DNA from: a virus
Lineage: Duplodnaviria > Heunggongvirae > Uroviricota > Caudoviricetes
Strand: one strand, 5' to 3'
IMG/VR virus record: IMGVR_UViG_2645728048_000030
DNA: 35,944 nt
Below, piece by piece: positions 1 through 10,532 of this stretch (position 1 is the stretch's first letter; each line of letters starts with the position of its first letter). A program made the translations under genes and the position numbers. Under the pieces are notes generated by a model. The model was not told the DNA's origin and did not search any database. It saw only the letters and a program-made list of their open reading frames with translations.

Positions 1-696
1 TCACTTAGGGTATGGCTGAACCTTGAATAGCTTGGTATTTAGTCGCTTCCTTGCTCGCTTGTTCAGGAACCTGATGTAGCGATACTGATTAAATTTGTGC
101 ACCACGGCACGCTCTTTATTAGCCCGTAAATACACGCCTCGTTGTCCACCGCGTTTAATCGCGTTCATCGTTATCTCGTGATACCACTCACCATCCAGCT
201 CGTAGAACGTGCTTTCATGGCTGCCAATAAAATCAAAATTTGACGCCTGATACACAACGCCAGCACGTCCGCAGCGTTCGTCTGCAAAAGACTGAACCCA
301 CTCCACTGACGGATACAGTAACCTTATGGTTTTCAGTGCATAACTGATGGCCCGTGATTCAGAGTTGCGGGGCATGTCGTCGTGTAGCCACATGCGGTTC
401 AACTCCATATAGCCCCGGTTATCCGTTTCAAGCACGACACGACGACCTGAGTTGGGGTTAAGGGCATATCCCCACTGGAGAACGCCAACCAGATCGCGTC
501 CGCTGAATACTCCCAGGTGGAGGTAAGAGTTATTCACAAAACGGCGGGAATAGTGCTTTGTCTGAATAATTGTGCGGGCCAGCCAGCAAGATATGGTTTC
601 AACGCGCAGCTCCTTTGAACCATAGCCAACAATCTGGCCTTCATACTCAATAACGCACGGTTTCGTCAGAATGCGTGATTTTTTCTCTTTTCCCAC
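1..696 (-). CDS. mom: DNA modification protein Mom (anti-restriction adenine modification)
   Basis: Track ORF 1..726 is 241 codons from the first ATG. Codon 11 is GTG preceded by GGAGA about 6 nt upstream, giving 231 codons; the first ATG has no SD. Start overlaps the 3' end of com. Confidence 0.8.
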   Translation of the reverse strand: MGKEKKSRILTKPCVIEYEGQIVGYGSKELRVETISCWLARTIIQTKHYSRRFVNNSYLHLGVFSGRDLVGVLQWGYALNPNSGRRVVLETDNRGYMELNRMWLHDDMPRNSESRAISYALKTIRLLYPSVEWVQSFADERCGRAGVVYQASNFDFIGSHESTFYELDGEWYHEITMNAIKRGGQRGVYLRANKERAVVHKFNQYRYIRFLNKRARKRLNTKLFKVQPYPK

Positions 697-835
697 AATG
701 TTTCTCCATGGGATGCTCGCAGGCATTCAGCATTATGATGTGACGTTTGCAACGCGGACACCTGATTTCAATGTGATCAAAGGAATCCGCCTTAAATAAC
801 AGTTTGTTGCAGTTTTTACAGCGAATTGATTTCAT
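647..835 (-). CDS. com: Com, zinc-finger translational activator of mom
   Basis: 62 codons with CxxC...CxxC motif, AAGGAG SD upstream, overlaps mom start as in Mu. Confidence 0.9.
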   Translation of the reverse strand: MKSIRCKNCNKLLFKADSFDHIEIRCPRCKRHIIMLNACEHPMEKHCGKREKITHSDETVRY

Positions 836-950
836 CTCACCTCCTTTGCATCAATTCGCCACTATCTTAAAAAACATCATGGGTTGAGTGTGGTTATTGA
901 GACATAATCGATCTGTATTACCGATCGATTTGATTGATTCGATCGTCGTT
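836..950 (-). promoter_or_regulatory. mom operon control region: Pmom, candidate C-binding dyad, and three GATC (Dam) sites
   Basis: Three GATC within about 35 bp (near 910, 923, 941) overlapping the 3' end of gin; TTAT-N6-ATAA dyad near 894..907 upstream of com. Matches the known Dam/OxyR-regulated Pmom region of Mu. Confidence 0.6.
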
Positions 951-1511
951 TTCTATATGCGTTCGTTTCGCGGGGTGTTTTTTATACAGAGTTGACAGGG
1001 CCACATCGTAGATCAATGCAACCTGCTTGCGGGGGATTCCTTGTGCTAATAAACGCCCGGCCTGCTCCCATTCCGCTTTGGTTAGTTTAGGTGGTCGCCC
1101 ACCAATACGGCCTTTATTTCTGGCGGCAGCAAGTCCAGCCATCGTTCGCTCGATGATTAGTTCTCGTTCCATCTCAGCCAGGGCACCCATAACGTGGAAG
1201 AAAAAACGCCCCATTGGAGATGACGTATCAATACTGTCAGTAAGACTGCGAAAATTAATCCCTCGCTCTCGTAATTCCCCTACGAGAGAAATCAAATGTT
1301 TCATGCTTCGCCCGAGGCGATCCAGTTTCCAGACAACAAGTGTGTCACCTTTTTGAAGGCGCTTTAAAGCGCGTTTTAATCCAGGTCTGTCTGTCCTTGT
1401 TCCGCTTAATTTATCTTCAAATATTTGTTCACATCCTGCACAAACAAGAGCGTTTCGTTGCAGGTCTGTATTCTGGTCATTTGTTGATACCCTTACATAG
1501 CCAATCAGCAC
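918..1511 (-). CDS. gin: Gin serine recombinase (G-segment invertase)
   Basis: 197-codon ORF, N-terminus MLIGYVRVSTNDQ typical of Gin/Hin resolvase-type invertases. First codon reads as GTG in the sequence. C-terminus may be a few residues longer than I recall for Mu Gin (unverified). Confidence 0.9.
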   Translation of the reverse strand: MLIGYVRVSTNDQNTDLQRNALVCAGCEQIFEDKLSGTRTDRPGLKRALKRLQKGDTLVVWKLDRLGRSMKHLISLVGELRERGINFRSLTDSIDTSSPMGRFFFHVMGALAEMERELIIERTMAGLAAARNKGRIGGRPPKLTKAEWEQAGRLLAQGIPRKQVALIYDVALSTLYKKHPAKRTHIENDDRINQIDR

Positions 1512-1565
1512 TCTGGATCTCCCGTTTAAAAGCGCAAATCATGCCATGCAGGCCGGAAACAGCCA

Positions 1566-1600
1566 TTATCTAAAACCTCGGTTTACAGGAAACGGTAAAC
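1566..1600. repeat. gix recombination site adjacent to gin
   Basis: ttatctaaaacctcggtttacaggaaacggtaaac; inverted copy at about 4750..4783 with 2 mismatches. Confidence 0.8.
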
Positions 1601-2425
1601 AAGGCTGGTAACGCTGTTCAGCGTTCTGGCGATACAATGACCGGAAAACTGAATCTACCACAGACATCTGCATTCGGCGTTGATACCGATAATGCACTGG
1701 GTGGTAATTCCATTACTCTCGGAGATAACGACACTGGTATTAAACAGGGCGGAGACGGTGTCCTTTTATTCTATTCAAATGGACAACTGGCATTTGGGCT
1801 TCAACCCGCATCTGCTGATTTTTATAAGCGGGTTGCATACATTCCTCAGGGAATAATTCCTGATGGAAGTGGCGCATTTGCAGACCAGTTGAATAATGCC
1901 ACCGCGCCTTTTGTTCAGACGCAGTTTGCCTGGAATCCCACTCCTGGTGGTCATTACGTGCCGATAGTTAAGGGCTTGTCCATTCGCAATGGACAGGGCT
2001 ATCCCGGCGCGGTCAGCTTTGGTTATTTGCTGACAGAACAGTATGGATTTCCGGTTCCATGTATTCATATGCGTGGCGATGGCGGTAATGATGCTTTATG
2101 GCAGTTTAACCCGAACGATAAATCTTTTATTTCACCGGGTGCTCTTGTTGCGGGTGGCATCATTTATAACACCGATGGAAATATATTTGGCGGGTGTTGG
2201 GGTTCAAATTTAGCTGATTATCTCAATAGCACATATGTAAGAGACATTCGACTTGGTAGCGCAGAATCAATATCAGCATGGCGAGGCCCTGGTTACTGGG
2301 ATACTTCTGGATATGTTCTGACCGCAGCCGGAAACAGCAACACCGATGAATTTATTGATACATTAACCAGAAGGCCTATTCAGAAGTTGATTGGTGGGAC
2401 ATATTATAACGTTGTGAGTATTTGA
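1574..2425 (+). CDS. Alternative tail-fibre variable segment S'v, silent in this orientation
   Basis: Track ORF 1637..2425. The frame is open from inside the gix site (encodes NLGLQETVN, as does the S side), so inversion would fuse it to the constant part of S. C-terminus is homologous to the S C-terminus. Confidence 0.75.
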   Translation, partial: NLGLQETVNKAGNAVQRSGDTMTGKLNLPQTSAFGVDTDNALGGNSITLGDNDTGIKQGGDGVLLFYSNGQLAFGLQPASADFYKRVAYIPQGIIPDGSGAFADQLNNATAPFVQTQFAWNPTPGGHYVPIVKGLSIRNGQGYPGAVSFGYLLTEQYGFPVPCIHMRGDGGNDALWQFNPNDKSFISPGALVAGGIIYNTDGNIFGGCWGSNLADYLNSTYVRDIRLGSAESISAWRGPGYWDTSGYVLTAAGNSNTDEFIDTLTRRPIQKLIGGTYYNVVSI

Positions 2426-2426
2426 C

Positions 2427-2954
2427 ATGATGCATTTAAAAAACATTAAAGCAGGGAACCCCAAAACACCTGAACAATACCAGTTAACCAAAAAAGCTGG
2501 AGTGGTCTGGCTTTATACTGAAGATGGTAAAAACTGGTACGAAGAACAAAAAAACTTTCAACCAGATACTATAAAAATTGCATACGATAAAAATAATGTG
2601 ATTGTTACCGTAAGCAAAGATGTTTCAACTATTAACCCGGAAGGTTTAAGTGTTGTTGAAGTATCCGATATTACGGCAAATCGTCGCGCAGACAATAACG
2701 GAAACTGGATGTTTCTGGATGGTAAAGTAGTAAAGCGGGAATATACAAAACAGGAGCTGCAACAGCAGGCAGAGTTACAAAAAGCCGCTTTGCTTTCCGA
2801 AGCGGAGTCTGTGATTCAACCGCTGGAACGTGCTGTCAGGCTGAATATGGCAACTAATGAGGAACGCGCACGACTGGAGTCATGGGAACGCTACAGTGTT
2901 CTGGTCAGCCGTGTGGATACGGCAAATCCTGAATGGCCACAAAAGCCTGAATAA
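2427..2954 (+). CDS. Alternative tail-fibre assembly protein U', silent orientation
   Basis: 175 codons, N-terminal 40 residues nearly identical to the U ORF on the opposite strand ([11 protein letters not shown]...). Confidence 0.8.
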   Translation: MMHLKNIKAGNPKTPEQYQLTKKAGVVWLYTEDGKNWYEEQKNFQPDTIKIAYDKNNVIVTVSKDVSTINPEGLSVVEVSDITANRRADNNGNWMFLDGKVVKREYTKQELQQQAELQKAALLSEAESVIQPLERAVRLNMATNEERARLESWERYSVLVSRVDTANPEWPQKPE

Positions 2955-2959
2955 AAATT

Positions 2960-2979
2960 AAGGCCCGATAGCGGGCCTT
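2960..2979. terminator. Hairpin between convergent U and U' (bidirectional terminator candidate)
   Basis: aaggcccg-atag-cgggcctt, flanked by an A-run on one side and T-rich sequence on the other; a T-run follows on the minus strand. Confidence 0.5.
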
Positions 2980-2982
2980 GTC

Positions 2983-3516
2983 TCATTCTGGTTGTTCCGG
3001 GAATGTTACAGGAAGAACAGAGGTATCTGTGGCATCAACCTGCTGCATGTATAACATCCAGTTAATGAGTCTTTGCCTGTCTGAATCGCTGATAATTCCC
3101 AGCGCAAGCTGTGTTTGCCAGCACTGCGTTTCCTCTCTGGCCTGTCGCAGCAAAATCTGTTTCTGAATTTCAGCCAGTTGACGTAGTTCTTCATCAGTCC
3201 GGGGGCGTTTCATGACCTTGCCATCCTGAAACACCCAGTCACCGAGAATATCGGCCCGGCGATTCGCTGTCGTGTCGGGTAATTCGACAACGCTCATTCC
3301 TTCCGGGTTAATAGACGACACATCTTTTTCAATATAGCGAATGATACCTCTGTCATCGTAAGCGATTTTTAGTGTGTCTGCCTGAAAGGCTTTTTGTGCC
3401 TCATACCAGTTCTTACCATCTTCAGCGTAAAGCCAGATAACTCCGTGTTTCTTTGTTAACTCATACTGTTCCAGTGTTTTAGCGTTACCCGCTTTTATGT
3501 TCTTTAAGTGCATCAT
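2983..3516 (-). CDS. U: Tail-fibre assembly protein U (expressed orientation)
   Basis: 177 codons directly downstream of S; paralogue of U'. Confidence 0.85.
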   Translation of the reverse strand: MMHLKNIKAGNAKTLEQYELTKKHGVIWLYAEDGKNWYEAQKAFQADTLKIAYDDRGIIRYIEKDVSSINPEGMSVVELPDTTANRRADILGDWVFQDGKVMKRPRTDEELRQLAEIQKQILLRQAREETQCWQTQLALGIISDSDRQRLINWMLYMQQVDATDTSVLPVTFPEQPE

Positions 3517-3517
3517 A

Positions 3518-5278
3518 TTAAACGCTCGCTACATTATACCAGGTGCCATTTATATACTTTTGAACGGGTCTGTAATAAACGCCCGCTATATTATCGGCAG
3601 AGTTGGACCCTGTATCCTGAACATTAATACCAGACAATACATGACCTGACGGGCACTGGAAATTCCATGTTTGCCAGTTGTTCACACCATGATATTGCTG
3701 TGAACCAAGACGAACATCTTTCACATAGCGGGAATCAAAATTCCCCCAGTTGCTGGGTTGTATCTGACCGTTAACAGCAAATATCACCGAGTTATCTGTA
3801 TTTCGCTGACTATAGAAATGCCAGCCTGAATCATCACCAAGCTCTGCAACAGTTGGTCTTGACGAATTTCCCCACAAGCTAAATGATGCATTACGGGCAG
3901 CGGTATTTGCACTTGAAAGTGTGAAGAACTTACTTTCCCCAGCCTGAATACCCTTTAATGATCTTGCTGAACCATTTATAAAGCGGAATACATGCACACC
4001 ATTAGCATAAGCATCCAGCACCCCATCACCATTTTGTTTAAACCCGGTATCGTTATCTCCTAAAACTATTGAATTTCCACCCAGGGCATTAGCCGTTCCA
4101 ATCCCCAGATTTCCGCTAAAAATGGCATTAATACCGAGTATTGAGTGAGAACAATAAAACCCTCGCCCATTGTTAAAATCCAGAATGGCTTGTGCGTTCG
4201 TGCTTTCTGTCGCGGGATTAGTTGCTCCCCACTTATATGTTGTTTGACCGACAGTATAATCCTGAGTTGGAACAATAACCGTTAGCCCTTCTTCAGCAGA
4301 AACCCGCACAGGAAAAGCCCTGCCTTCAACGTAAAAAACGCTGCATACATCATCTTCTTTAAGGCTTGTTACAATGGAATGGATTGCGCGCTCATTAGTC
4401 TGATACGTCGAAAAATAACCTGCCGCATATGAACCACGATCAGTCCAGCCACCAGGCATTACCATTCCATTGAATTCGCAGTTATTCATTGCGTAATCAC
4501 TACTGGCACATGTGGTCGTTATAATCACTCTGGAAGCCAGCTCGCCAGTGCCGCCTGTGGAACGCCGGAAAATAACTGGATACCACTTTCCACCAATTGC
4601 ATTAGACGGCGCATTAAATGCGTACTGCCGCATTCCTTTTTTCTTATCCACCTCGCCTTTGCTGTAAACATTAATGTTACTCAGGAAGCGATCCTTATCA
4701 GGAATATCCGCGCCGTTCTGGTTTTTCTGTAATGCGCCAGAAGCCTGATTTACCGTTTCCTGCAAACCGAGGTTTTGGATAAACAGCGGCTTATTGGGAA
4801 TATCTGCTCCGTTCCGGTCTTTTGCCAGACGGGCACTGGCATTATCCATCGCAATTTTCACCGCTTTTGCGGTGGCTGCCAGCGTTTCACTGGGGCTGTC
4901 AGTGGCACTGGTTAGCTGAACGAGTCCTTTTTTGTTCAGGCTGGCATCATAAATATCCAGATTTTCACGTGCTGTACGCTGTGCTGATGCCCCGGCAGTT
5001 TTAATTTCGCTGAGGTTATTTTTTATCAGCAGTGCGTTATTGCTCATAATGGCTTTAATGGATAGTGCAAGCTGGTTTAATTTTGTTTTATCCGGTTGAA
5101 TACCGGCTTCTTCCAGCGTGTTTAATAACTCCGCCTGCACAATATTAAACCAGTCCATGCCGGGCCATGTGATAACATTATTCCCGTCACCTTCTGAAAA
5201 CCAGCGAACGATAGCACTACGCTGGGCGGATACGGGCGGCATGACGGTTACGCCGCTGTCGTTATCAATATAAAACAT
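3518..5278 (-). CDS. S: Tail fibre protein S (constant part plus variable part in G segment)
   Basis: 586 codons; gix site lies in codons about 166-177; C-terminal 190 residues homologous to S'v. Confidence 0.85.
   Translation of the reverse strand: MFYIDNDSGVTVMPPVSAQRSAIVRWFSEGDGNNVITWPGMDWFNIVQAELLNTLEEAGIQPDKTKLNQLALSIKAIMSNNALLIKNNLSEIKTAGASAQRTARENLDIYDASLNKKGLVQLTSATDSPSETLAATAKAVKIAMDNASARLAKDRNGADIPNKPLFIQNLGLQETVNQASGALQKNQNGADIPDKDRFLSNINVYSKGEVDKKKGMRQYAFNAPSNAIGGKWYPVIFRRSTGGTGELASRVIITTTCASSDYAMNNCEFNGMVMPGGWTDRGSYAAGYFSTYQTNERAIHSIVTSLKEDDVCSVFYVEGRAFPVRVSAEEGLTVIVPTQDYTVGQTTYKWGATNPATESTNAQAILDFNNGRGFYCSHSILGINAIFSGNLGIGTANALGGNSIVLGDNDTGFKQNGDGVLDAYANGVHVFRFINGSARSLKGIQAGESKFFTLSSANTAARNASFSLWGNSSRPTVAELGDDSGWHFYSQRNTDNSVIFAVNGQIQPSNWGNFDSRYVKDVRLGSQQYHGVNNWQTWNFQCPSGHVLSGINVQDTGSNSADNIAGVYYRPVQKYINGTWYNVASV
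4750..4783. repeat. gix recombination site inside S
   Basis: tttaccgtttcctgcaaaccgaggttttggataa; inverted repeat of the site at 1566..1600. Confidence 0.8.
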
Positions 5279-5820
5279 TAGTTATCTCCGTCATGGTAAA
5301 CAAATTTATAAATCTGATGCGCGGGTTTATATTTCTCCAGTAAACATTCCAGCGCACCCGATTCATAAACACGTAACGGCGTCAGAACATTATCCAGCAC
5401 CGTTGCGTTGCGATAATTTTTAATACCGTAAATATTGACCTGCGTAACCCACTGGCCTTCTGTGGAATCCGTCAGCCTGACGGTAAAACCGTACTGCGCA
5501 GCCAGCCATTCATAAAAGCGCCGACTCAGATTGCCGGTCATACGCATTTTATTCGCGGCAGCCCGCTGGCGTTCGGACAGGGTGCCGTTTTCGCTGGTAC
5601 AGTCCGGCAACCCCAGAAATGATTCCCACCCCCCCAGATACCAGCGGGATGTGGACGGGAAACGCTCCCGCAGCATTTGCCGCGCATCATCCGCCGCAGT
5701 GGCAATCACGTCGCTGATGGCCTGCGCCAGCGCAGATAATTTGCTGTCGGGGCTTTTATTCCAGGCAAGCCCTGACGGCAGTAATTGCAGAAAGGCCGTC
5801 TGATAGGGTGTTACAGCCAT
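5278..5820 (-). CDS. Baseplate protein, P2 gpI-like (Mu gp48-like)
   Basis: 180 codons, position between baseplate J-like gene and fibre gene; start overlaps upstream gene stop. Confidence 0.65.
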   Translation of the reverse strand: MAVTPYQTAFLQLLPSGLAWNKSPDSKLSALAQAISDVIATAADDARQMLRERFPSTSRWYLGGWESFLGLPDCTSENGTLSERQRAAANKMRMTGNLSRRFYEWLAAQYGFTVRLTDSTEGQWVTQVNIYGIKNYRNATVLDNVLTPLRVYESGALECLLEKYKPAHQIYKFVYHDGDN

Positions 5821-6893
5821 TCAATTGTCCCCGGTGTTAACAGTTCCGTATTCTCCGAACGCTGGATCTCTGTCGGGAAACGCACTTCAAAATCATCCAG
5901 ACCGGTAACACCTGCCACCGCACGGATAATACGGGAGGGGGCAAGTGCGCCGCCCGGCGTCACCTCATTAAAAAACATGGTATTAATGGCGTGGGTAATA
6001 GCCTGTTTCAGTTCGGCTGTCTTCGGTGATATATAAATCCGTGGATTTACCGGCTTTGCCTTTGGCGCAAATACAGTGACATTTACACCGTCAGGCTGTC
6101 CGACAATCAGACCGGTGATCGGGTCAGTATGACCGGCGATATAATCCGCCACGCGTTCCACGTCTGCCGGTTGTGGAAAAATATTGCTCCGGTTATCCAT
6201 AACAAACGTCACCCCGACTGTGCCACCGCCTTTCCATGTCGGAAAACACCAGGCACGGGTAACGCCGCTGACTTCACGCGCCCAGCGAACATAATCAAAC
6301 TGATTACCGCCGAACGGAGGATACTGGACACGATATTCCAGCCGTGACAGCAGCTCCGCTGCACTCTCAATATCAGCCCCACCGGAAAACCCTTTTACAG
6401 TGATGGCATCGGAAACAACACAGGCAACCGGGGTGATCAACGTTAAAAGGGTATTCTCACCGGTATTTCCTGCTTCACCGGCAGCCAGTGCGGTAACGGT
6501 AATTTCCGTCGTTCCTGCACGGTCAATCACAATGGCATCAGCCAGGCTGTAAACCACACCATCAGCACGCTGCCAGCGTGTACCGGCAGGAATGGTGGTC
6601 GCTGCCGATGTGGTGACAGTCAGCGGGCCGCTGGCGGCTGTCGCCTGTTTGCGGCGCACGCCCCAGAACCGGCAGTGCTCCAGCAACTCATCTTCATCTG
6701 CTGTCGACGGGATAATCTGCCGTCCAACCCATGAAATATGCTCGTGACAACCGGCAGCAAGGCCCGCCTGAGCATAAGCAATGGCACTCAGCGTTTTTTC
6801 ACGGGCCTGAGGCCAGCTACCCGGCAGGCGCTGTTCAATATTCTGTTCTGTACGGGCAATCAGCGATGATAATGTCGGTGGTGAATAAGCCAT
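5811..6893 (-). CDS. Baseplate J-like wedge protein (Mu gp47-like)
   Basis: 360 codons, synteny in baseplate module. Confidence 0.7.
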   Translation of the reverse strand: MAYSPPTLSSLIARTEQNIEQRLPGSWPQAREKTLSAIAYAQAGLAAGCHEHISWVGRQIIPSTADEDELLEHCRFWGVRRKQATAASGPLTVTTSAATTIPAGTRWQRADGVVYSLADAIVIDRAGTTEITVTALAAGEAGNTGENTLLTLITPVACVVSDAITVKGFSGGADIESAAELLSRLEYRVQYPPFGGNQFDYVRWAREVSGVTRAWCFPTWKGGGTVGVTFVMDNRSNIFPQPADVERVADYIAGHTDPITGLIVGQPDGVNVTVFAPKAKPVNPRIYISPKTAELKQAITHAINTMFFNEVTPGGALAPSRIIRAVAGVTGLDDFEVRFPTEIQRSENTELLTPGTIEWL

Positions 6894-7331
6894 TTAAACC
6901 CCGTTAAATGCTGCTTTAAACTCATAAGGAATAACGGAACCATCCGGTAATGTCAGTGCAATGTAGAGGTATAACCAGCCCTGATGTAACTGTTCCGCTC
7001 TGACGTTAATCGCACTTACCCGGCCCGCTGTTTTCAGCCATTCCAGCGCCTCTTCGGCATACCCTCTGGCGCGTTCCAGCGTATCCGGTGTGGCTTTTTC
7101 ACGTGATAACAGCCACAACCGCGAACCGATGGGGCGGTCGCGGTAACTGTCACCCCACCATCCACGGCGATCATCTGAACCATCCGGCAGCGTGTCAGAA
7201 TCCAGCGCGCGCCGGTCTGTAAACAGGGAGATTGTCACATCGGTTGTCAGGCTGTCGTCGGTCAGCATATCAATGCCATCCTGTGCAATATCGCCGCGTC
7301 CGTTCGTCCAGATAATGGCTAAATCGGTCAT
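6894..7331 (-). CDS. Baseplate wedge protein, gpW/gp25-like (Mu gp46-like)
   Basis: 145 codons, size and position typical of the gp25-like baseplate protein. Confidence 0.7.
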   Translation of the reverse strand: MTDLAIIWTNGRGDIAQDGIDMLTDDSLTTDVTISLFTDRRALDSDTLPDGSDDRRGWWGDSYRDRPIGSRLWLLSREKATPDTLERARGYAEEALEWLKTAGRVSAINVRAEQLHQGWLYLYIALTLPDGSVIPYEFKAAFNGV

Positions 7332-7921
7332 TGCATTGGCCCCGTGGTTCCGCCGCTGTCGCCACGGTGGATATGCTTATCCGTCGATTTGCCATTGATG
7401 ATGGCATCCGGGGCAGTAATATTGCTGTCGAACTGGCTTTTACCTTTAACGCCCAGACCTTTCTGGATCTCAACGTCGCCGGTAAACGTGGTTCTGGGTG
7501 TGTCAACGGTCATACTTTCATCAGCGTAAACCTCAACCGTTTTACAGGTAATGATGCAGCGTCCGTCCTTTGTCAGCCTGATACGATGCCCCTCGTGGTG
7601 GTAAATGCCTGCATCACCCGGTTCAAGATTTGTCGGGCGGTAGCGGCGGTCTTCCACCACAACGGCAATCCCCTGATCACGTTGTGCGCCTACACAGGCA
7701 ATCAGCGCCTCTGCTCCCGGCAGGGGAACGCTGAAATGCCCGTAATTTTGCAGGCGCTCCACTTCATCAGATTCCTCATCATCCAGCAGGCCGACCTGCA
7801 GGTTCTGAACCTTTCGCCCGTCGTTAATCACGTTAACAACAGCGCGCGCAAGCATCAGGCGCACACGACGCATCAGCGGCGTCAGCAGGCGGTTCAGGGC
7901 GAAATCATTTACTCTTTCCAC
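7328..7921 (-). CDS. Baseplate spike protein, gpV-like (Mu gp45-like)
   Basis: 197 codons, synteny. Confidence 0.65.
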   Translation of the reverse strand: MERVNDFALNRLLTPLMRRVRLMLARAVVNVINDGRKVQNLQVGLLDDEESDEVERLQNYGHFSVPLPGAEALIACVGAQRDQGIAVVVEDRRYRPTNLEPGDAGIYHHEGHRIRLTKDGRCIITCKTVEVYADESMTVDTPRTTFTGDVEIQKGLGVKGKSQFDSNITAPDAIINGKSTDKHIHRGDSGGTTGPMQ

Positions 7922-9048
7922 GGCGGCGTTTTCTCCGGGTGTCTGCGATAATAATCTTCAACCAGCGCATCAATACCGCCGTTACTGTCGCCGCCTTTCC
8001 TGTTTTTACGGTCGCTTTCAACCGGCACCAGAAAGCCTTCGCGTGGTGCAAGGCTGACGCGGGTTTTCAGCCCGTCCTGGTCATTCAGTATCAGGGTGAC
8101 TTTGCTGACCAGTAATTCCGTGGTTTTGATGGCATATTTCGAGGCATCAATAGTGACCAGCAGGTTCGGCATCCAGAGTTGCCCGTCCTTGCGAGTCCAT
8201 CCGTCAATTTCAGCCTCAAAGGTGATGGATTTTGCCAGTCTGCGGCGTTGCTCACGCAGGGCGCGGGCCTGTGCATCCTTCGCCGTAATTTTGCTGTCAG
8301 CAATGATGATCATCGGTCTGTAACGGGTTACATCACTGTCAGTGGCGGTCCCTTTCCGGGAGACGATACTTTTCGCATCAATATCATCACCCTCAGCACC
8401 GTTTGCGCGGGCATACCCCTTGACGGTGTATTCGCTGAACCGGTCGCGGAAGTCTTCCTCAAAATCCAGTGTCAGCAGATTTTCTCCGAGAACCAGCTCA
8501 TCAGTGGCTGTGCTGGCAGCCCGGCTGAATACCAGCTCTCCTGCGGCATTGCTGGTCATCAGTACACCGCGTGCGCGGGAGGCACGCACCAGCGCCTCAT
8601 AAACGGTTTCTGAATGGTCCAGCGTGAAGCCGGGAAAAGCTGCCGAACTTTCCTTATCGGAAAGCTCCCAGCGAACGGTAACGCCATAAGGAGCGCACAG
8701 GTCACGCGCAATCTGCTCCAGTGTGCGGTTTTTCCACTGTCCGCCACTGTAAACGGCAGCACAGTCAATCAGGTCAGCCGTTTTGTCACGTCCGGCGATA
8801 GTGATTTTCATGCTGTCAGCGGTCATCTGGCGTCGCCGCGAATCGATATAACCGGTGCAGACAATCTGCCCGTCGATTTCCAGCGTGAACGCCTTCCCCG
8901 GTGCCAGCCCGGATAAATCTGTACCCGGTGGCACATTCACCCCCAGCTCAAAATATCCGGCTACGGATTCAATGGAGCGGGTGACAGAGACTGACGTCCA
9001 GCCGGTAAAAAGCCTGCCATCCGTTCGCAGCGTGACGGTATTACTCAT
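7909..9048 (-). CDS. Baseplate hub protein (Mu gp44-like)
   Basis: 379 codons, synteny downstream of DNA circularization gene. Confidence 0.65.
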   Translation of the reverse strand: MSNTVTLRTDGRLFTGWTSVSVTRSIESVAGYFELGVNVPPGTDLSGLAPGKAFTLEIDGQIVCTGYIDSRRRQMTADSMKITIAGRDKTADLIDCAAVYSGGQWKNRTLEQIARDLCAPYGVTVRWELSDKESSAAFPGFTLDHSETVYEALVRASRARGVLMTSNAAGELVFSRAASTATDELVLGENLLTLDFEEDFRDRFSEYTVKGYARANGAEGDDIDAKSIVSRKGTATDSDVTRYRPMIIIADSKITAKDAQARALREQRRRLAKSITFEAEIDGWTRKDGQLWMPNLLVTIDASKYAIKTTELLVSKVTLILNDQDGLKTRVSLAPREGFLVPVESDRKNRKGGDSNGGIDALVEDYYRRHPEKTPPWKE

Positions 9049-10528
9049 TAATCACCTCAATACTGACACCACCGGGAACAAACAACGGGTTGCTGATACC
9101 GTTCCTGCGGGCCAGCCGTTGCCAGTTCCGGCTGTTTCCTGTGTAACGGTACAGAGCCACCATTGCAGGCATCGTCTCCGGCAGGCGGTGCGTTTCACTG
9201 CCTGCCAGTTGCAGCCCGCGTTTTTCCAGGTCGGCAACAACCAGCAGACGCAGTTGCGTAAGCTGAACGCTGTCTGTCGAAAAGCCCTGCTCAGATGCCG
9301 TCAGAATGACGGTATCCAGCGCTGCCCCCAGCATGGCGGCTGTTTTTCCGATATCGGACACACTTTCAAATACCGGGGGCGTGGCTGTACCACTGTCTGA
9401 AAAGGATACCTGTGAAAAGCCGCCGTCCGGGGTTATGGCAGTTAACTGTAACTGTCCCTGTGTGACGGTAGCGGATGTGCTGCTGGCCCCGCTGGCTGTG
9501 CCGGTTGTGGTGGACGGGGCATCCAGTACAGGTGCACGGGCGGCATTATCCATCCGGCGACTGAAATCCAGTGCCGCAGTCAGTGCCTGGCTTGCTGCCT
9601 CCGCCCGGTATGTCTGTGCTGCTGCCAGCATGACGTAGTTCAGTGTGGCAATATTTTTTTCTGCAACCGGACTGTTGTACGAGGTTGTGATTGTCCCCTG
9701 TCTGCCTGCGGTGGCGGCATGGCGACGTTCGAATCGCTGCGCCAGACGGTTCCATGTGGAAAATGCTGTCCGGGTATCGCATAACGATGAAACGCCGGAC
9801 AGCGCCCCCATCAGCGAGGAGGCCAGCATGGCAGGCTGGTTAATCAGGCTGGTCACAGAGCCTTTCATCGCAGAAAGCGATCCCATCAGACCGCTGACAG
9901 TCTGCGTAACCCCCAGATTGTCCACCGCATCACTGATATCATCGATGACACCGGTTACAGCTTCCATCACGGCGGTTGCCGCCGCAGTGCCATCTTTTAC
10001 GGTCTGCCAGACAGAGGACAGCGTATCTCCCAGAGAACCGGTTACAGCAACGGCCTGTGCCGGTACGGCTGCACTGGTGTCTGTCTCTGAGTCCGGGGCA
10101 GTATCCTGCAACGACGGATAAACGGTAACGGTGAACGCGTAATAATTCAGTTCATCCGCTTTAGTGCGGCATTCCCATGAATCCACCATGACGTCCACAG
10201 TGCCGAAATCAGGATGTACCAGCTCACCGCTACCCGGAGCATCAAGAGCATCCATCAGCGCACCCGCTTCATCTCTGGCTGTTTCTGCGTTGCTGTTCAG
10301 AATGCAGGCGCTGAATGTACGGGAGCGAAGCTTTTTCCCCAGGTCATTGACGCCGCCGGTATCACGTAACGGGTACTCGCGTTTAACCAGGCGACGTCCG
10401 CCAGCCTGTTTTTGCTCCTCGATGACGAGAAACGGCACGTTACGAAACGTGCCTTTGCCGGTTGTTTTCTTACCACCGCTGATTTTATCCCGGACAGCAT
10501 TAACGGCATTTAAAGCATCTTCAAACAT
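9041..10528 (-). CDS. DNA circularization protein (Mu N-like, gp43)
   Basis: 495 codons directly after the tape-measure gene; position and size as in Mu. Confidence 0.65.
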   Translation of the reverse strand: MFEDALNAVNAVRDKISGGKKTTGKGTFRNVPFLVIEEQKQAGGRRLVKREYPLRDTGGVNDLGKKLRSRTFSACILNSNAETARDEAGALMDALDAPGSGELVHPDFGTVDVMVDSWECRTKADELNYYAFTVTVYPSLQDTAPDSETDTSAAVPAQAVAVTGSLGDTLSSVWQTVKDGTAAATAVMEAVTGVIDDISDAVDNLGVTQTVSGLMGSLSAMKGSVTSLINQPAMLASSLMGALSGVSSLCDTRTAFSTWNRLAQRFERRHAATAGRQGTITTSYNSPVAEKNIATLNYVMLAAAQTYRAEAASQALTAALDFSRRMDNAARAPVLDAPSTTTGTASGASSTSATVTQGQLQLTAITPDGGFSQVSFSDSGTATPPVFESVSDIGKTAAMLGAALDTVILTASEQGFSTDSVQLTQLRLLVVADLEKRGLQLAGSETHRLPETMPAMVALYRYTGNSRNWQRLARRNGISNPLFVPGGVSIEVINE

Positions 10529-10532
10529 GGTT

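Larger units (their letters stand above)
1566..4783. other. Invertible G segment (about 3.2 kb) with alternative tail-fibre gene sets
   Basis: Bounded by inverted gix repeats; contains fibre variable part plus U on the minus strand and S'v plus U' on the plus strand; gin is adjacent. Confidence 0.85.

Noticed and set aside
1027-1573. Two plus-strand ORFs (109 and 77 codons) over gin
   Set aside because: Antisense to the recognised gin gene; no support.
7331-7951. 206-codon plus-strand ORF
   Set aside because: Exactly antisense to the baseplate spike gene; no independent support.
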